A stretch of 64,000 nt of DNA from Dimorphilus gyrociliatus. Taxonomy: Eukaryota; Animalia; Annelida. The position numbers and the translations under genes were made by a program. Each line of letters begins with the position of its first letter. Position 1 is the stretch's first letter. The DNA is taken from positions 1 to 64,000 of the forward strand of contig CAJFCJ010000004.1 in the NCBI GenBank assembly GCA_904063045.1, written 5' to 3'. Positions 50,018 to 62,001 of this stretch are shown in pieces. The notes beneath the pieces were generated by a model, which saw only the letters and a list, made by a program, of their open reading frames with translations, was not told the origin of the DNA and did no database searches.

Positions 50018-52937
50018 TTACTGTATATTTTCTACTTTTAGTTTATTCTTATTTTTCTTTATACATACGCCAATAGTCACTCCTGCAGTTACTAATAAGA
50101 CACCTCCTGTTGACCCAATTACAATCTTTATTATAGTATCTCTACTTAAACCGCTGGACTGAGAAATAGTTGTTTCTTCGTGGTAGAGTCTAGTTGATGT
50201 GTCTCTATTTGCTTCAGTTGATGTGTCTCTTTTGTCTTCAGTAGTTGTATCCCTTTTGTCTTCAGTTGTTGTAGTAGCTTTTGCTGTTGTTACAGTAGTA
50301 ATTTTCTGAGGAGACACACTGCTGCGTACACTGTTGGTTGTTGTTTGCCATGAATCTTGTGTTGTAGAAAGTGCGCTAGACGACGGACCTCGTGAAGTTG
50401 GATTCATCGGACCCCAATAAAAATAATTAAGGCTAAAATTACAATAAACATTATTATCATAGTAAACAACGCAACTTTCACATTTAAAAGTCGATCCTCT
50501 TTCTTCTTCTGTCAAGTTAATACTGGATGAAGAATAGTTTAGTTTCAATGTGTCGTTAACCTTTTTACAGAAACAGTAATCAATTAAATATCTGATGAAT
50601 TATTTTATTAGTTAAACTTTCTACTGACCATCCAATTTGTATAAAGGATCTTATCAAAATTTCCAGATGCTTCACAATTTAAAACGGTCTTTTGAACTTG
50701 TCTTACATGAACCTTTTCTGGACCATCTGATTACAATAAGATTTTGTATATAAAGTATACATTTAATCTATTTTAAAAAACTTGTATACATTGAACATCT
50801 AATGGAATTGTATGGGATGTTTTATATGCATCTTCATAGAAAAAAAAATTGGGACTTTCTGTATCTACATCTCTTGCGAACGGTGGCAAATTTTGTAGAT
50901 GAAAGTATTCTGATACAGATATTAGCTTCTCTGAGTAGCGAAATTCACAACGCAAAGAATTTGTGAATCGATGTGCGAAAAATGTTACAGTTGCCTTTAT
51001 CTTCCTCTTTAAAGGTTTAGTGTTATTGATAACAATATTTTCATATTCAATAGAATAGTCAAAACCATGATTACCAGAAGAAAAACATGAGAATTGTGGT
51101 GAAAAGTGAGTATATGTTAGGTTGTAGCTAACAGATATAGGTTCGAGCTCAGTCGCCTGGATAGTTGTTCTTGGATGCTCAAAATCAGCTATAAAGCATA
51201 TTAATTAAACTTTTAACTATAATTTATGAAATGTAATGAATTTGAACAAGTTCTTACACAAAACTGCAAAGGCTGCACGAAATTCCTTATCACCAGCTAT
51301 ACAACTATGATATATATTATCAGTATAATTATTAACATTCATAAAGTTATAGGAAATGATTCTGGTATAGTTTTCATCAATTATCATGTCATATCTATAA
51401 GTTTGCTGGGGTATTATATCAACTGAATCTGCAATTAGAAGTAACTCTCCTTGTTCATTTTTACCATAAGTAGTAGCATCAATAACGTGTGGAATATCCG
51501 GCCATGCGTGACAGGAAAAGTTAAATGCCTGAGTTTGGTCTTCGTAGATGACAATATTTCTGGGGCGACGTACATGGTCAGGCGGTATTACAGTTGGATA
51601 TTCAGTGTCTAAAGAGAAAATAATGATACGTTGGACATGTTTCTGCTTTCGAAACCTTATACACATGCAATATATACTGTATATAAATTGTTTAACAAAC
51701 CATTATGATAGAAAAATACCGGACTTTGGGAACAATTAGTATTATTATTAACAAATTCCATGCATATTCTGCAAGTAATGTTTCCCGTAATACCAGCTAC
51801 ATATAACTCCTCGTCATTTTCTGGTTGTACTTCTCCATTTACCTGGAAAAAAGAGACGTTGAAAAGAAAACCCATAGTTTTGTATTTTATTTACAGTCCA
51901 TTCAGTATTTATTCTTTTATTGTATCTTCCATCATCAGAGCATCGTAAAACACTATCCTTAGCTGGATGCAATGATATTATTACATTATCTGGGGGATCT
52001 AGTAAATAAAGACAAAAGTGTTCTGAGCTGTTTGTTTGTTTATAGAATATTAAATGCTAAAAATATTTTCCCTACATTGAACTCGAAGAACGAATGAACA
52101 TAATACTTTGTCTCCATCTCTGTCATGGAATATTGGCTTATCATGAGCAACTGCAACGACAAGTGCTGATAAATTGCTTATTGGTGGTATGCTTTCTATA
52201 TGCTCATATTCATCGCCGTCAACCTCATTGTCATATGTAAATCGACAATTTATATTTTTATCAAACCTATCAGAAACTGTAAATTCTATTTCGAAAGATA
52301 TAAAACCAGTTAAAGGTTGATTACTTGTTTTGTTCACAATTTTACTAATAATTGTATAATTTATTAATGTTCCAGGAGTGTCGCAATTAATTGACGGTGC
52401 AATATGAGTGTAGTTAACAGATTTTGTTATTTTTATTGATTCTCCTTCAAAAACGTTCAATTCCGATTGACTTTCAGTACTACATTCATAATTTGCTGGA
52501 AAATAATTAATAGTTACAATAAGAAAAAGTGAATAGAGAAACAAACAAAACTCACACAAAACCACAATTACACCTCGAAATGAAAGTAAATAATTCTGTC
52601 CCAAATAGTCAAAGTCTACCATACAATCGTGATAGTAATTGTCTTCGTATTCCGATGTTGGTTTAGTATAGGTAATTGTTCTTTTACCAGATTGTGAATC
52701 ATCTACTATGTAACGATGACTCTGACTTGGTAAAACTCCATTTTCATTAGCGATGTATGATAAATTCCCGGTAGAGTCATCCTGTCCATAATAGTTTCCT
52801 AATATTGGAAAAGTATCCGCACATTCTTGACCAAAATGTGATGATCCTTCATAAACAACAAGATTATTTGGTAAACCCTCATTTATTTTAATTAGATACA
52901 CATTCACTACAAATATTAAAAATGGCTGAAGAATCAT
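50018..52937 (-). CDS. Type I membrane immunoglobulin-superfamily protein, ~812 aa: six Ig-like domains, Ser/Thr stalk, TM, short tail; exons 52937-52556, 52495-52076, 51998-51895, 51842-51701, 51608-51258, 51188-50790, 50726-50629, 50560-50018
   Basis: All seven introns are GT-AG and phase-consistent; joined length 2439 nt. Signal peptide; VQYPP..LRC..DG..W..NG..TC and VQYGP..LNC..SG..W..ND..KC Ig patterns; TM IVIGSTGGVLLVTAGVTIGVCI; T(T/S)TE(D/A)(K/N)RD stalk repeats. Confidence 0.85.
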
Positions 52938-54390
52938 ATTTCTATTTTAAGAATAATCCTTAGTTTTTCTCACCAGCTAACGTTTTGGATAAATCTTTCT
53001 AGAACCTTATATATATATAACTCTGTTAATATAGATAACGTGATCTTTTTATTACGCTTCTAGTGGGTATAGAAAAAAGGATACTGGCTCTCCCTCCTAA
53101 TCCCAATTGCTATATTAAAGTACAAAAGGAACAAAGCGTTTTCTTTTCATATGTACAAACTTTATTAAATTCATTTTTTAAAAATATTGAATAATATTTA
53201 GTTGATTAATAATTTTTAATCTTCTTTTAAATTACAACCAAAAGAATTAATTGATAAATTAGGTTATAAATAATTTTAGTTATCAATAAACTGATTAGAC
53301 TGAAATTTTTGACTGAAAAACCTTGTAACTTTGTGATTAAGTATTGCTCTGGTAAAAGTTGTAAAGATATCAAAAGGTACAAAAATTTAATCCCCTAGAA
53401 TAAAATTTTATGATAATACTTCATATTTTATTCTATATATTGTTCATTCTTTGAAAAGATCGATAACTAAACATAAAATTAATTTGTTTAGCCTACTTTT
53501 ACATTATTTATCATCTTCTTTAGATTTTCTGTAATATTCTCTTCCTACTGAAAAAAGACACTCTACAAATCTATCATTTACTTTACTTTTTTATTTCTAT
53601 TTTCTACTTAAAAGAAAAAAGACAAAAGAATAAAATAAAGAAAAGCTAACTTTGATAAATGGTACTTACTCTTGAAAAAAAGTCATCATCTAACGCTATC
53701 TACAGTTAATGTATTATCTACTTCGCATTTTTATCAATTGTATACTCTTCTAACAAAGTTCCATTTTTATACTTTGCTTTGTTTTTTTGTTCCTGTCTTT
53801 CTTTTTTGTTTTGTTTTTTTTTTATAAAAAAAAAGAATTTAAACTCCGCTTCTTCTTTTTTTAATTATAATTATTAAGAGACTATATAATGGAAAATTAA
53901 TAAAATACCTTTAAGACGTTTTCTTTCAAGATTTCTAGAGTTTTTATAATAATAGTAAAAGTTTTTTTATTCGTTTTAATCTAACACTAGATGTCACTTC
54001 ATTACAATGTTAGTGAATCTAATATCAAATTTATTAATTTATTAAAGTATTTATTAATTTATAATTGTATGGGAATATATAAAGCAATGAATTGTATATT
54101 GTTTTAATATACATACATGTGGATTTTCATTGAACTGGACACAACTAACAAACTGGAAATTTAAGGTGAACAGCGATTTTTCATTCATTCGTAATTCTAC
54201 ATGACAAAATTGGCTCTGCCATCTTTTCAGTTATTCATAAATGCAGTATCATAGAAAAAATTGTATATATGCAGCATTTACTTATTAATATATGAAACAA
54301 TTGGTTAGTTTTGGCAAACAGGTTTATTCAAAGATCAACCATCTATCTTTCTTTCTTGCTCCTAGGAATTGTTAGCTTATCTTGCGAGTA

Positions 54391-55329
54391 TTATTGATAG
54401 GGTGGAGGTGGCTCGTATACTTCATACGGTGGAGGCCGACTTTCGTATGGAGGTGGAGCTCTGATGATTACTTCGCCGTTTGTATCGTCTATCGAACTGT
54501 CAGAGGTTGCTTGATGATGAGTTCTTCTACTATTACGATTAGATGAAACAATATTATTGTTGGAATCTTGCATTGGAATGTTTTGTATTTCAATCTCCTG
54601 ATGAACAGTTGCACGACGCCTATAATAATTTCTTCTTCCACGTCTAACAACAGTTCTATTAATAGTTGGCAAGCTAACAGTTGAATTAGATGTAGATTCA
54701 GAGTTTGCAGGTGAAATTTTCTTCTTTTGATACTTAATACCAATAGAAATAAGAATTGTATTTAACATTGATAAAATGGAAGAAGTAATTGCCAATCTAT
54801 GACAATTGCCCATATAAATCTGAGCATTTTCTTCATATGCCTCCACAGTACATAAGTAAACAATCCAAGCAGTTAGCGTAAGAGGTGATGCTATACCAAA
54901 CATCACAACCACAATGTTTAGAATCTTATGAGAAGGATATAAACGTAGAAAAAAGTTTATAAAACAAATAAATAGGCCGAGAAATAGCAAAACGATGCTA
55001 AAAATCATCAGAATTTGAACAAATCTTATCGAACCTGTTTTTGTTTAAAATTATTATTAATTTATCTAATAAGTAGTTAATTAGTTTTTATTCTCACCTG
55101 GAACTATTAAAATACTTTCACATTTTGAACTTTGACACTTTCTAAAGAGTCCATAAGAAATTACACGAGTTGTTCCTCCTGTAGTGCCTACACTCGATTT
55201 TTCAACAGACTTTTCTATATGCCATTCGGCTGCATATAAGGCCGAAAAATGGAAAATGATCGTAAAAGGGATTACGAATACCAATATGAATTTTAAGTAT
55301 CCTTTTGATTCAAAGCATTTTGTAACCAT
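54391..55329 (-). CDS. B1: claudin/PMP22-family tetraspan, ~291 aa, three PPxY motifs; exons 55329-55098, 55034-54391
   Basis: ECL1 signature W...YGLFRKC-x4-C; donor GTGAGA, acceptor CAG; tail PPPYESRPPPYEVYEPPPPY. Confidence 0.88.
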
Positions 55330-56476
55330 TGTTTATAGCTATATATACAATTAAGTAATATCTTTAAGATTAAGCAAGAAAGAGAGAAGGTGGAATTCTC
55401 GTCTAGAGCATTTTTTTTCAATAAACCAATTCAAATGTGATCTATCGATTATCCTAAAATAAAATATACAAAATCAGTAAAAACAACTTATATCCTTAAA
55501 GAGACTAAACATTTGAATCTTTTCTACTAGAAAATCCTTAGCAAGTAAATATTTTGCTTAGTTTCTTTATTACAACTACTGTCTCTCAGTAATAATTAAG
55601 TTTTAATAATTAATTCAATCATAATTTATCTATGATATCATTCAAAATAACGAATTTTACACCATCTTATTATATCTAAGAGATAAAAAATAATATTTAC
55701 ACTATTCTAACCATATTTTGTTAATAAATTCTTTACTATTCATTGAATAAAACGAATAAACAGTGTTTGTTTTATTAAGAAAATATAAGAATAGTAGTTT
55801 GAAAAAAGAAAATAAAATCAGGTTATACAATAAAAAATAGAGAAGAATGGTTAGAGATTCAATTTTAAACTTGTTACGTTTTAGAATGTAATAAACATTT
55901 TTTTATAAAAAAAAACCATAAATCTTAAGTGAAAAGAGGATTTCGTTCTAGTTTATTAACCGGTTCAACAGCTAAATGATTTAAATAATCAAAGATTAAA
56001 CGTTTTACCAATATCATATATAATATAATCTTGTATTTATTCAGGTAATACTTAAAGAATATGAATATACAGTATATATAGGTCATAAAACAAACAAGAA
56101 AATTTAAGGAAACAGTCAAAGCAAACAAAATGAAAAAGTTTTTTTTTGTTTTTCAACACTACTTTCGTCAAGTTTCTAAGAATGTTATTTTTTCAACAAG
56201 ATTATCTCTCAAACGTATTATTATAATAAAGTGCAACCTTTTTTGCTAAAAGAGAGAGAGAGAGAGAGAGAGAGATTTCAATTGATCTAGATTTACAAAG
56301 TATATGGGCTGACCAAAATCGATATCAATCCTATATTATACGAACATAGTCGCTGATAATAATCACGAAAACATTGAAAATAGTAAAGGAAGGAAGATTG
56401 CTTTAAGCTAGACTATATTCTGTGTTGAACGTCTTATATATGATTCGCTATTTTGAGATATTTGTATTGTTCAATT

Positions 56477-57400
56477 ATGCTAGTATACTTAGAACACACT
56501 TGTAAAACTTTAAAGTTGATTATGTTTGGCCTATTGCCTTTAACTATAATTTTTCATTGTTTATCTGTCTTCTATAATGAGTGGCATGTGGAAAAAACTT
56601 TTGAAGAGGAGACGATATTCCGTCAAAGTGATCAGACGATTCAAACAAAAACAATAATTTATGAATATTACTATGGACTATTTAAGAAATGCTTCAAATC
56701 AAAATGTTCCGATATTGAACCATTTCCACGTAAGGCAATTTTAAATAAATATTTAAAGCTGTCTTCTTCCTCTTCTTCTATAACTTTTTCTCTATTCTTT
56801 ATTCATGTATATTCTTCTATTTGCCTCTTTATATTTTCAAGTATTATAGTATTCATTCAAATATTTATTATAGATTGGTTAAGATTTATTCAAGTCCTTA
56901 TGGTTTCAAGTTTAGCTTTTATCCTGTTTGGAGAATTGATTGCCATTTTATCTGGTTTGTCCGGTCAACATTATTATCCTAAAGATAAAAAGCTTTTGGG
57001 ATCATTTTGTATTATAGCCTGCATTTTTACGTTCTTATCATGGATCTTGTACATTCCGCTAATAAAGAGTAAAATACCCGAATCGAATCTGAAAATGGGA
57101 AGAAGTCATGGTCTAGCTGTCATTTCATCTATACTGTCATCAATAGCAACAATTATAGTATTTTCAAGCAATTCCGGAACAAAGAATTTATCGAGAACTA
57201 CAGTTTCGCCTACAATTAGAACTGTTGAATCAACCGTTTCACGTCCATCAGTATCGGAGAGTTCAACAGGGAGGAATAGTATAAGTTCTTTATCAATGGA
57301 AAGACATGTAATCAGAGAATCATTCATAATTCTTCCACCCCCTTACAAAAATAAGCCACCTCCCTACGACCTTCCAGAGCTACCTCCTTCTTACTATTAG
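56477..57400 (+). CDS. B2: claudin/PMP22-family tetraspan, ~259 aa, three PPxY motifs; exons 56477-56729, 56874-57400
   Basis: EWH...YGLFKKC-x4-C; donor GTAAGG 56730, acceptor TAG 56873 (144-nt in-frame intron); tail PPPY, PPPY, PPSY. Confidence 0.87.
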   Translation: MLVYLEHTCKTLKLIMFGLLPLTIIFHCLSVFYNEWHVEKTFEEETIFRQSDQTIQTKTIIYEYYYGLFKKCFKSKCSDIEPFPRKAILNKYLKLSSSSSSITFSLFFIHVYSSICLFIFSSIIVFIQIFIIDWLRFIQVLMVSSLAFILFGELIAILSGLSGQHYYPKDKKLLGSFCIIACIFTFLSWILYIPLIKSKIPESNLKMGRSHGLAVISSILSSIATIIVFSSNSGTKNLSRTTVSPTIRTVESTVSRPSVSESSTGRNSISSLSMERHVIRESFIILPPPYKNKPPPYDLPELPPSYY

Positions 57401-58008
57401 AATAAAGTATAATTATAATTAGTTAATAAATTACCTACTATTCTTATTTATAGAAAATACATATTTGTATAGAACAGTCTTAATGCATGCAAATAGTTTG
57501 AATACTTAGAGGAGAATACATAATATTACGTAGACCAAAATCACCGATTCATAAAAATATACTATAGAAAAGTAAGAGTATAAATAAAATAGTTTTTACA
57601 ACAAAGGATTATTATTCTAGACGACTTTGTTGAGCGATAAATAAACCTCGACTTTTTTTTTAAATAAATATCACAATTCGTCCTATTTGCCCTCTTGCGT
57701 TCATAGAATATTTTATTCTTTAATATTAATACCCTTTCTTTAGCTATTGATAAAATATTTCTATATTAATAGAGGTCGAATAACTTCGTGAGCGGGAACG
57801 TGTGACTAATAGTTTTAAGACGTTCGCTTCTTTTTTTGTTTTCTCCTTTGATAAGAGACAAATATATTAGATACTTTATTGTTAAAAGGAAAATGATAAT
57901 CATTTAGTTTTTTATATACTTTCAAGAGTTAAATAGATATTTTGTTGCCTTTTTGCTTGTTTTTTCAAATCCATTAAATATTAAACTACTTCGTATTTTG
58001 TTTAATTG

Positions 58009-58873
58009 TTAAGGCATTTCTAAATAGCCAGGATTAGCGACTATTTCATCATAGCGTCCTTCATTACCATCTCTACGACTCATACGAGGCTGTGCTGGAT
58101 TTCCCCTGTTTCCTTCTTCATTATTGTAGTAAGGAGTGTATGGAGGAGCTTGACCTTTCACTGGGGAACGACTTCTTCCTCGATCACCTCCAAGTTTAGG
58201 ATATAAACCGGGTGGTACTTGATTTGATCCTTGTAGGAAATTTGGAGTATTAAATTGCATTCCGCGTCTTTGTTGTGGGCGTTCCTCTCCACTGTTCATT
58301 TTAAATATTATTATACTTGTGACGAAAGAAAATATCGTAGAAATAATAGCCAGGCCAAAAGAATAACCAAATCGTTCCAAAACTGGATTGTTAAACATAT
58401 CTTCGTCTGAAACTTTAGCTACAAACACTATCCAAGTTGTACCGGTAAGAAGGCAAGCCAAAATTACAAAGCTTAAAAGGAATTTCTTACATTTACAACT
58501 TTCTACACACTTACAAACCATAGCTAGAGCTAATAATTGTGAAAGTAGCAGAAAAACTAATGACAAAGAAATTCCAACCTGACAAAATCTGTAGAATGCT
58601 ATAGGAAAGAGATTAAAGTATTTTAGATAAATATACTCTAAGTATTACATAAAATAGTTACTAACGATATGTGTCTAAAAAAACTCCGTCAATGCTTCTG
58701 ACATCAGTTCCTTTCTCAGATTTAAATAGACCATACATTGTGTCCCCCTGATGGTACCAATTTCTTGTTGCAGCAGAGACAATATGAATAATCGTCGTTG
58801 AAGGCAGCAAAATGAAGCAAACCCACTTTAAAATCTTAGACGAAGAAGACACATTAGAGATAACTTTTTCCAT
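58009..58873 (-). CDS. B3: claudin/PMP22-family tetraspan, ~265 aa; exons 58873-58666, 58598-58009
   Basis: NWY..YGLF; FGYSFGLA before TM4; donor GTTAGT 58665; acceptor CTATAG 58599. Confidence 0.8.
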
Positions 58874-59152
58874 TTTCTCCCAGATTAGAGCAAATATGTG
58901 TATTGACTTGAAAATGAAACTGTTGCCTCTCCCAACTTCTAACACTCACAACCTATGCTACACCCTTTTCAAGAATAGTATTTCACCTTAGGCCAAGATA
59001 AATAACTACAAATATATATATATTTATATATTAGTATATGCCTTGTATTGAGAGGCCACTGTCAAATTTAACTATTCAAAATAGTTCAAGTGACAATTTT
59101 TTGTTGCTAGTTTTTAATACTACTATTATATTTGTATATTAATTAAATTATC

Positions 59153-59156
<4 letters not shown>

Positions 59157-59184
<28 letters not shown>
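59157..59184. repeat. (AT)n microsatellite
   Basis: Read directly from the sequence. Confidence 0.9.
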
Positions 59185-59191
<7 letters not shown>

Positions 59192-59477
59192 TTTTAAATA
59201 TGTATTGATTATAGATATTACTTAAATATACATATACTGTATATATAGATATATATCATATTAGTATAAATAAATTTATATATATATATATAAGTATACA
59301 AACGTTCAGTGTACTTGCTAAAATCAGTATTTCTCTAGATATTAAAATACAAGTACAAAATTAATAATAATTATTATTATGTTACAAATACTACTTTTGC
59401 TTTCAAATGATAAAGTAACAATAGTATGAATATAAAAGTTTATACAACAAATAGCATGATATTTCTTGTTCCTTTTT

Positions 59478-60202
59478 CTATGACTGACCAATTAAGTAAT
59501 CACCCTTTAAGTGTAGATAAGGTGGAAGAACTTGAAAAGAACACGACTTTTCCTTTTCGGACTGTGAAATATGCTTTAAGAGTTCTTGTCTCACTTCGTT
59601 TCTTTTTATCTTATAAGACGTTTTGAGGAATGCAAAACTAAGACCGAATAGACACAATGATAAAACGGATGATAATACAGCAAGAAAGAACGAATACGAA
59701 AGCTTTCCTTGATAAAACTCATTAGAATTATCATAATCTGCTTTCTTTACTAAATATATTATCCATGCAGAAAAATTGAATAGTACAGAGATTCCTCTTC
59801 CTATAATAATAATATAGTTTATCAATTGACCAGAAAGTTTCTTAACAAAGAGAGCTGCTATCTCAATTGCCAATGAAAGAGTAAGCAAAGAGATGGTAAT
59901 ACACATGAAGACTTGAACAAGCGTCAACCAAGCTAAAACAAATATAAAGGTTTATTAAGACTATATCATAAGAAATCATTACTCTCAGTATTAAATGTGC
60001 CAATATCTTCATTTCCATGGCATGTCCCAAATAATCCTATACGCTTTTTTATCGGTTCTTCTGTTAAATCTCTCGTATCTATACCAATTTGAACAAACCA
60101 TTCACAGGTCAATAACGCAACTAAGATGGCCACTATGCATACCATTAACAAACATAATAACAAACATTTAGATTGAACAATAATCCTTATGCATTCTCCC
60201 AT
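59478..60202 (-). CDS. B4: claudin/PMP22-family tetraspan, ~224 aa; exons 60202-59983, 59932-59478
   Basis: EWF...IGLFGTC; LSYSFFLA; donor GTAATG 59982; acceptor TTTTAG 59933; LPPY in the tail. Confidence 0.82.
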
Positions 60203-61364
60203 AATCAAAGTTTTTATCTGAAATTTTGTAGAAGAATTAATATTAAAGAACTAGACGAAATATTTTAATACATATGGAAATTTCCTGTTCGATTAATTTA
60301 ATATTAAATTAGTCAATAGAAATCTATTCTATTTTAGCCAAATAAAATGAAAACGGATGCATTGAAGCGGAATATCAGCTATAATATTTCACGTATTTAG
60401 AAATACTTAATTAAATCTTCATATATTACCTTAGATTACTCTGCTTTCGCCATAGAGTGATAGACAAATGAAAATAGATAACTTTCTTTCGTTTCTGTTA
60501 ATACCGTATATTCGTGGTTAACCTTGTACTTCCAATAACATCCGGTTATTGGTAAATCAATAGAACAATTCTACTATAAATCGTTTTCAAAATATTTTAC
60601 CTTAACTTTCGCTTAGCTTGGTATATTTAAATCCTGGATTATTCATTATAGATTTCTCTTTGTAAGAAGAGATAGATAGATAGAGAGAGAGAGAAATACA
60701 GGAAACGAATTTCTCAGAAATTAAAGAAGTGACTCAGAAAAGATTTTTTTCTATATCTACACAACTGATAAGATAGAAATATTGTATAATGATAACAATA
60801 GAAAAAATCCTATTTAATTGGCAAATTAATCAATATTTTTAAGAAATTAATAAAAATAAATTTCCTCCAGGCATGGAATAAATATATTCAAAGAAATAGG
60901 TTGAACACTACTGTATTATAGATTTTATATTACAGATCTATTAATAGTGATATATTTACTTTTATTATAGAAAGAGACGAAATTGTTATTAATTATAAAT
61001 AAATCACAATATATAGAGAGTATAGGCTTTTGTTAAAATTGATATTATAACTAATATATCTATCTACAGCATGTACTTGAAAATATATTGTCCATTAAGT
61101 ATACACTTAATTGAACATAATATTTATTTAACTTTATAAAAACATAATCTACTTAACTTCGTTACGTTTCTCTTAGGTGTGTAATTACATTTAGTTTATA
61201 TTACTATAAACGTCAAGTCTGATTTCAGTTAATGACTATTAAAAACTTATAAAGCACAGTATGAACATTGTTCGGAAGAGCATAAAATATAGATTAACTA
61301 TTCTCTACTATAGAAATTAAAGTTAACGGTTAGTTTGTTAGTTTAATGGTTTAATATTTCATTA

Positions 61365-61954
61365 TTAATTTTTTATTATGTTAACAATAGACTTTAATTC
61401 AAGTAAATTTGTTAAATAATGAGAATTGTTTGATTCGCTATCAGTGTTTTCTGGTGTTTTTTGAAGAAGTTGCTGATTTGATCTATTGTCGCTGGTTGTT
61501 GAATTCCGATTTGACCGATTATTTTGAAATGGATGATTTGGATGGCTTAGAGAACATCTGTGATGATGTTTTGTATTTTGCTGATTTGACATCTTTGATG
61601 GTGGTGTCAAGAATAACGGCTGAATAAGAAGGACGAATGATAAGGCGGACGATATCGTTGCCATTATAAAGGATAAAGATAGTCTTCCTTTATGCGTAAT
61701 ATGAAATACATTTTTCACTTTTAAAATAAATACAATCCAACTGATAGTAGTAAGTAAACCAGATAGTAAGATAAGGACTGTTATGGCAATTTTTTTAGTA
61801 GGATTCTTCCTTAGCCTCGTTACGACAGACAGGATGGACAGTATCTCCGTTGCTACAAGAATGAATAAGCTAATTATCATTCCCACTCGAACGAATATTA
61901 GCCAATCTGTAGGGAAAATAGGAATAAGGCACAAATTTGCTAAAAATATATAGT

Positions 61955-62001
<47 letters not shown>

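Noticed and set aside
1940-57400. Functional link between the tRNA-Pro cluster and the PPP/PPxY motifs in neighbouring proteins
   Set aside because: tRNAs act in trans and the proteins are not Pro-rich overall; nothing in the sequence supports more than coincidence.
1703-61627. Antisense or alternate-frame ORFs inside real CDSs (e.g. 1703, 3074, 9201, 25701, 45064, 45919, 57106, 61409)
   Set aside because: Shadow frames of coding exons with no independent signal.
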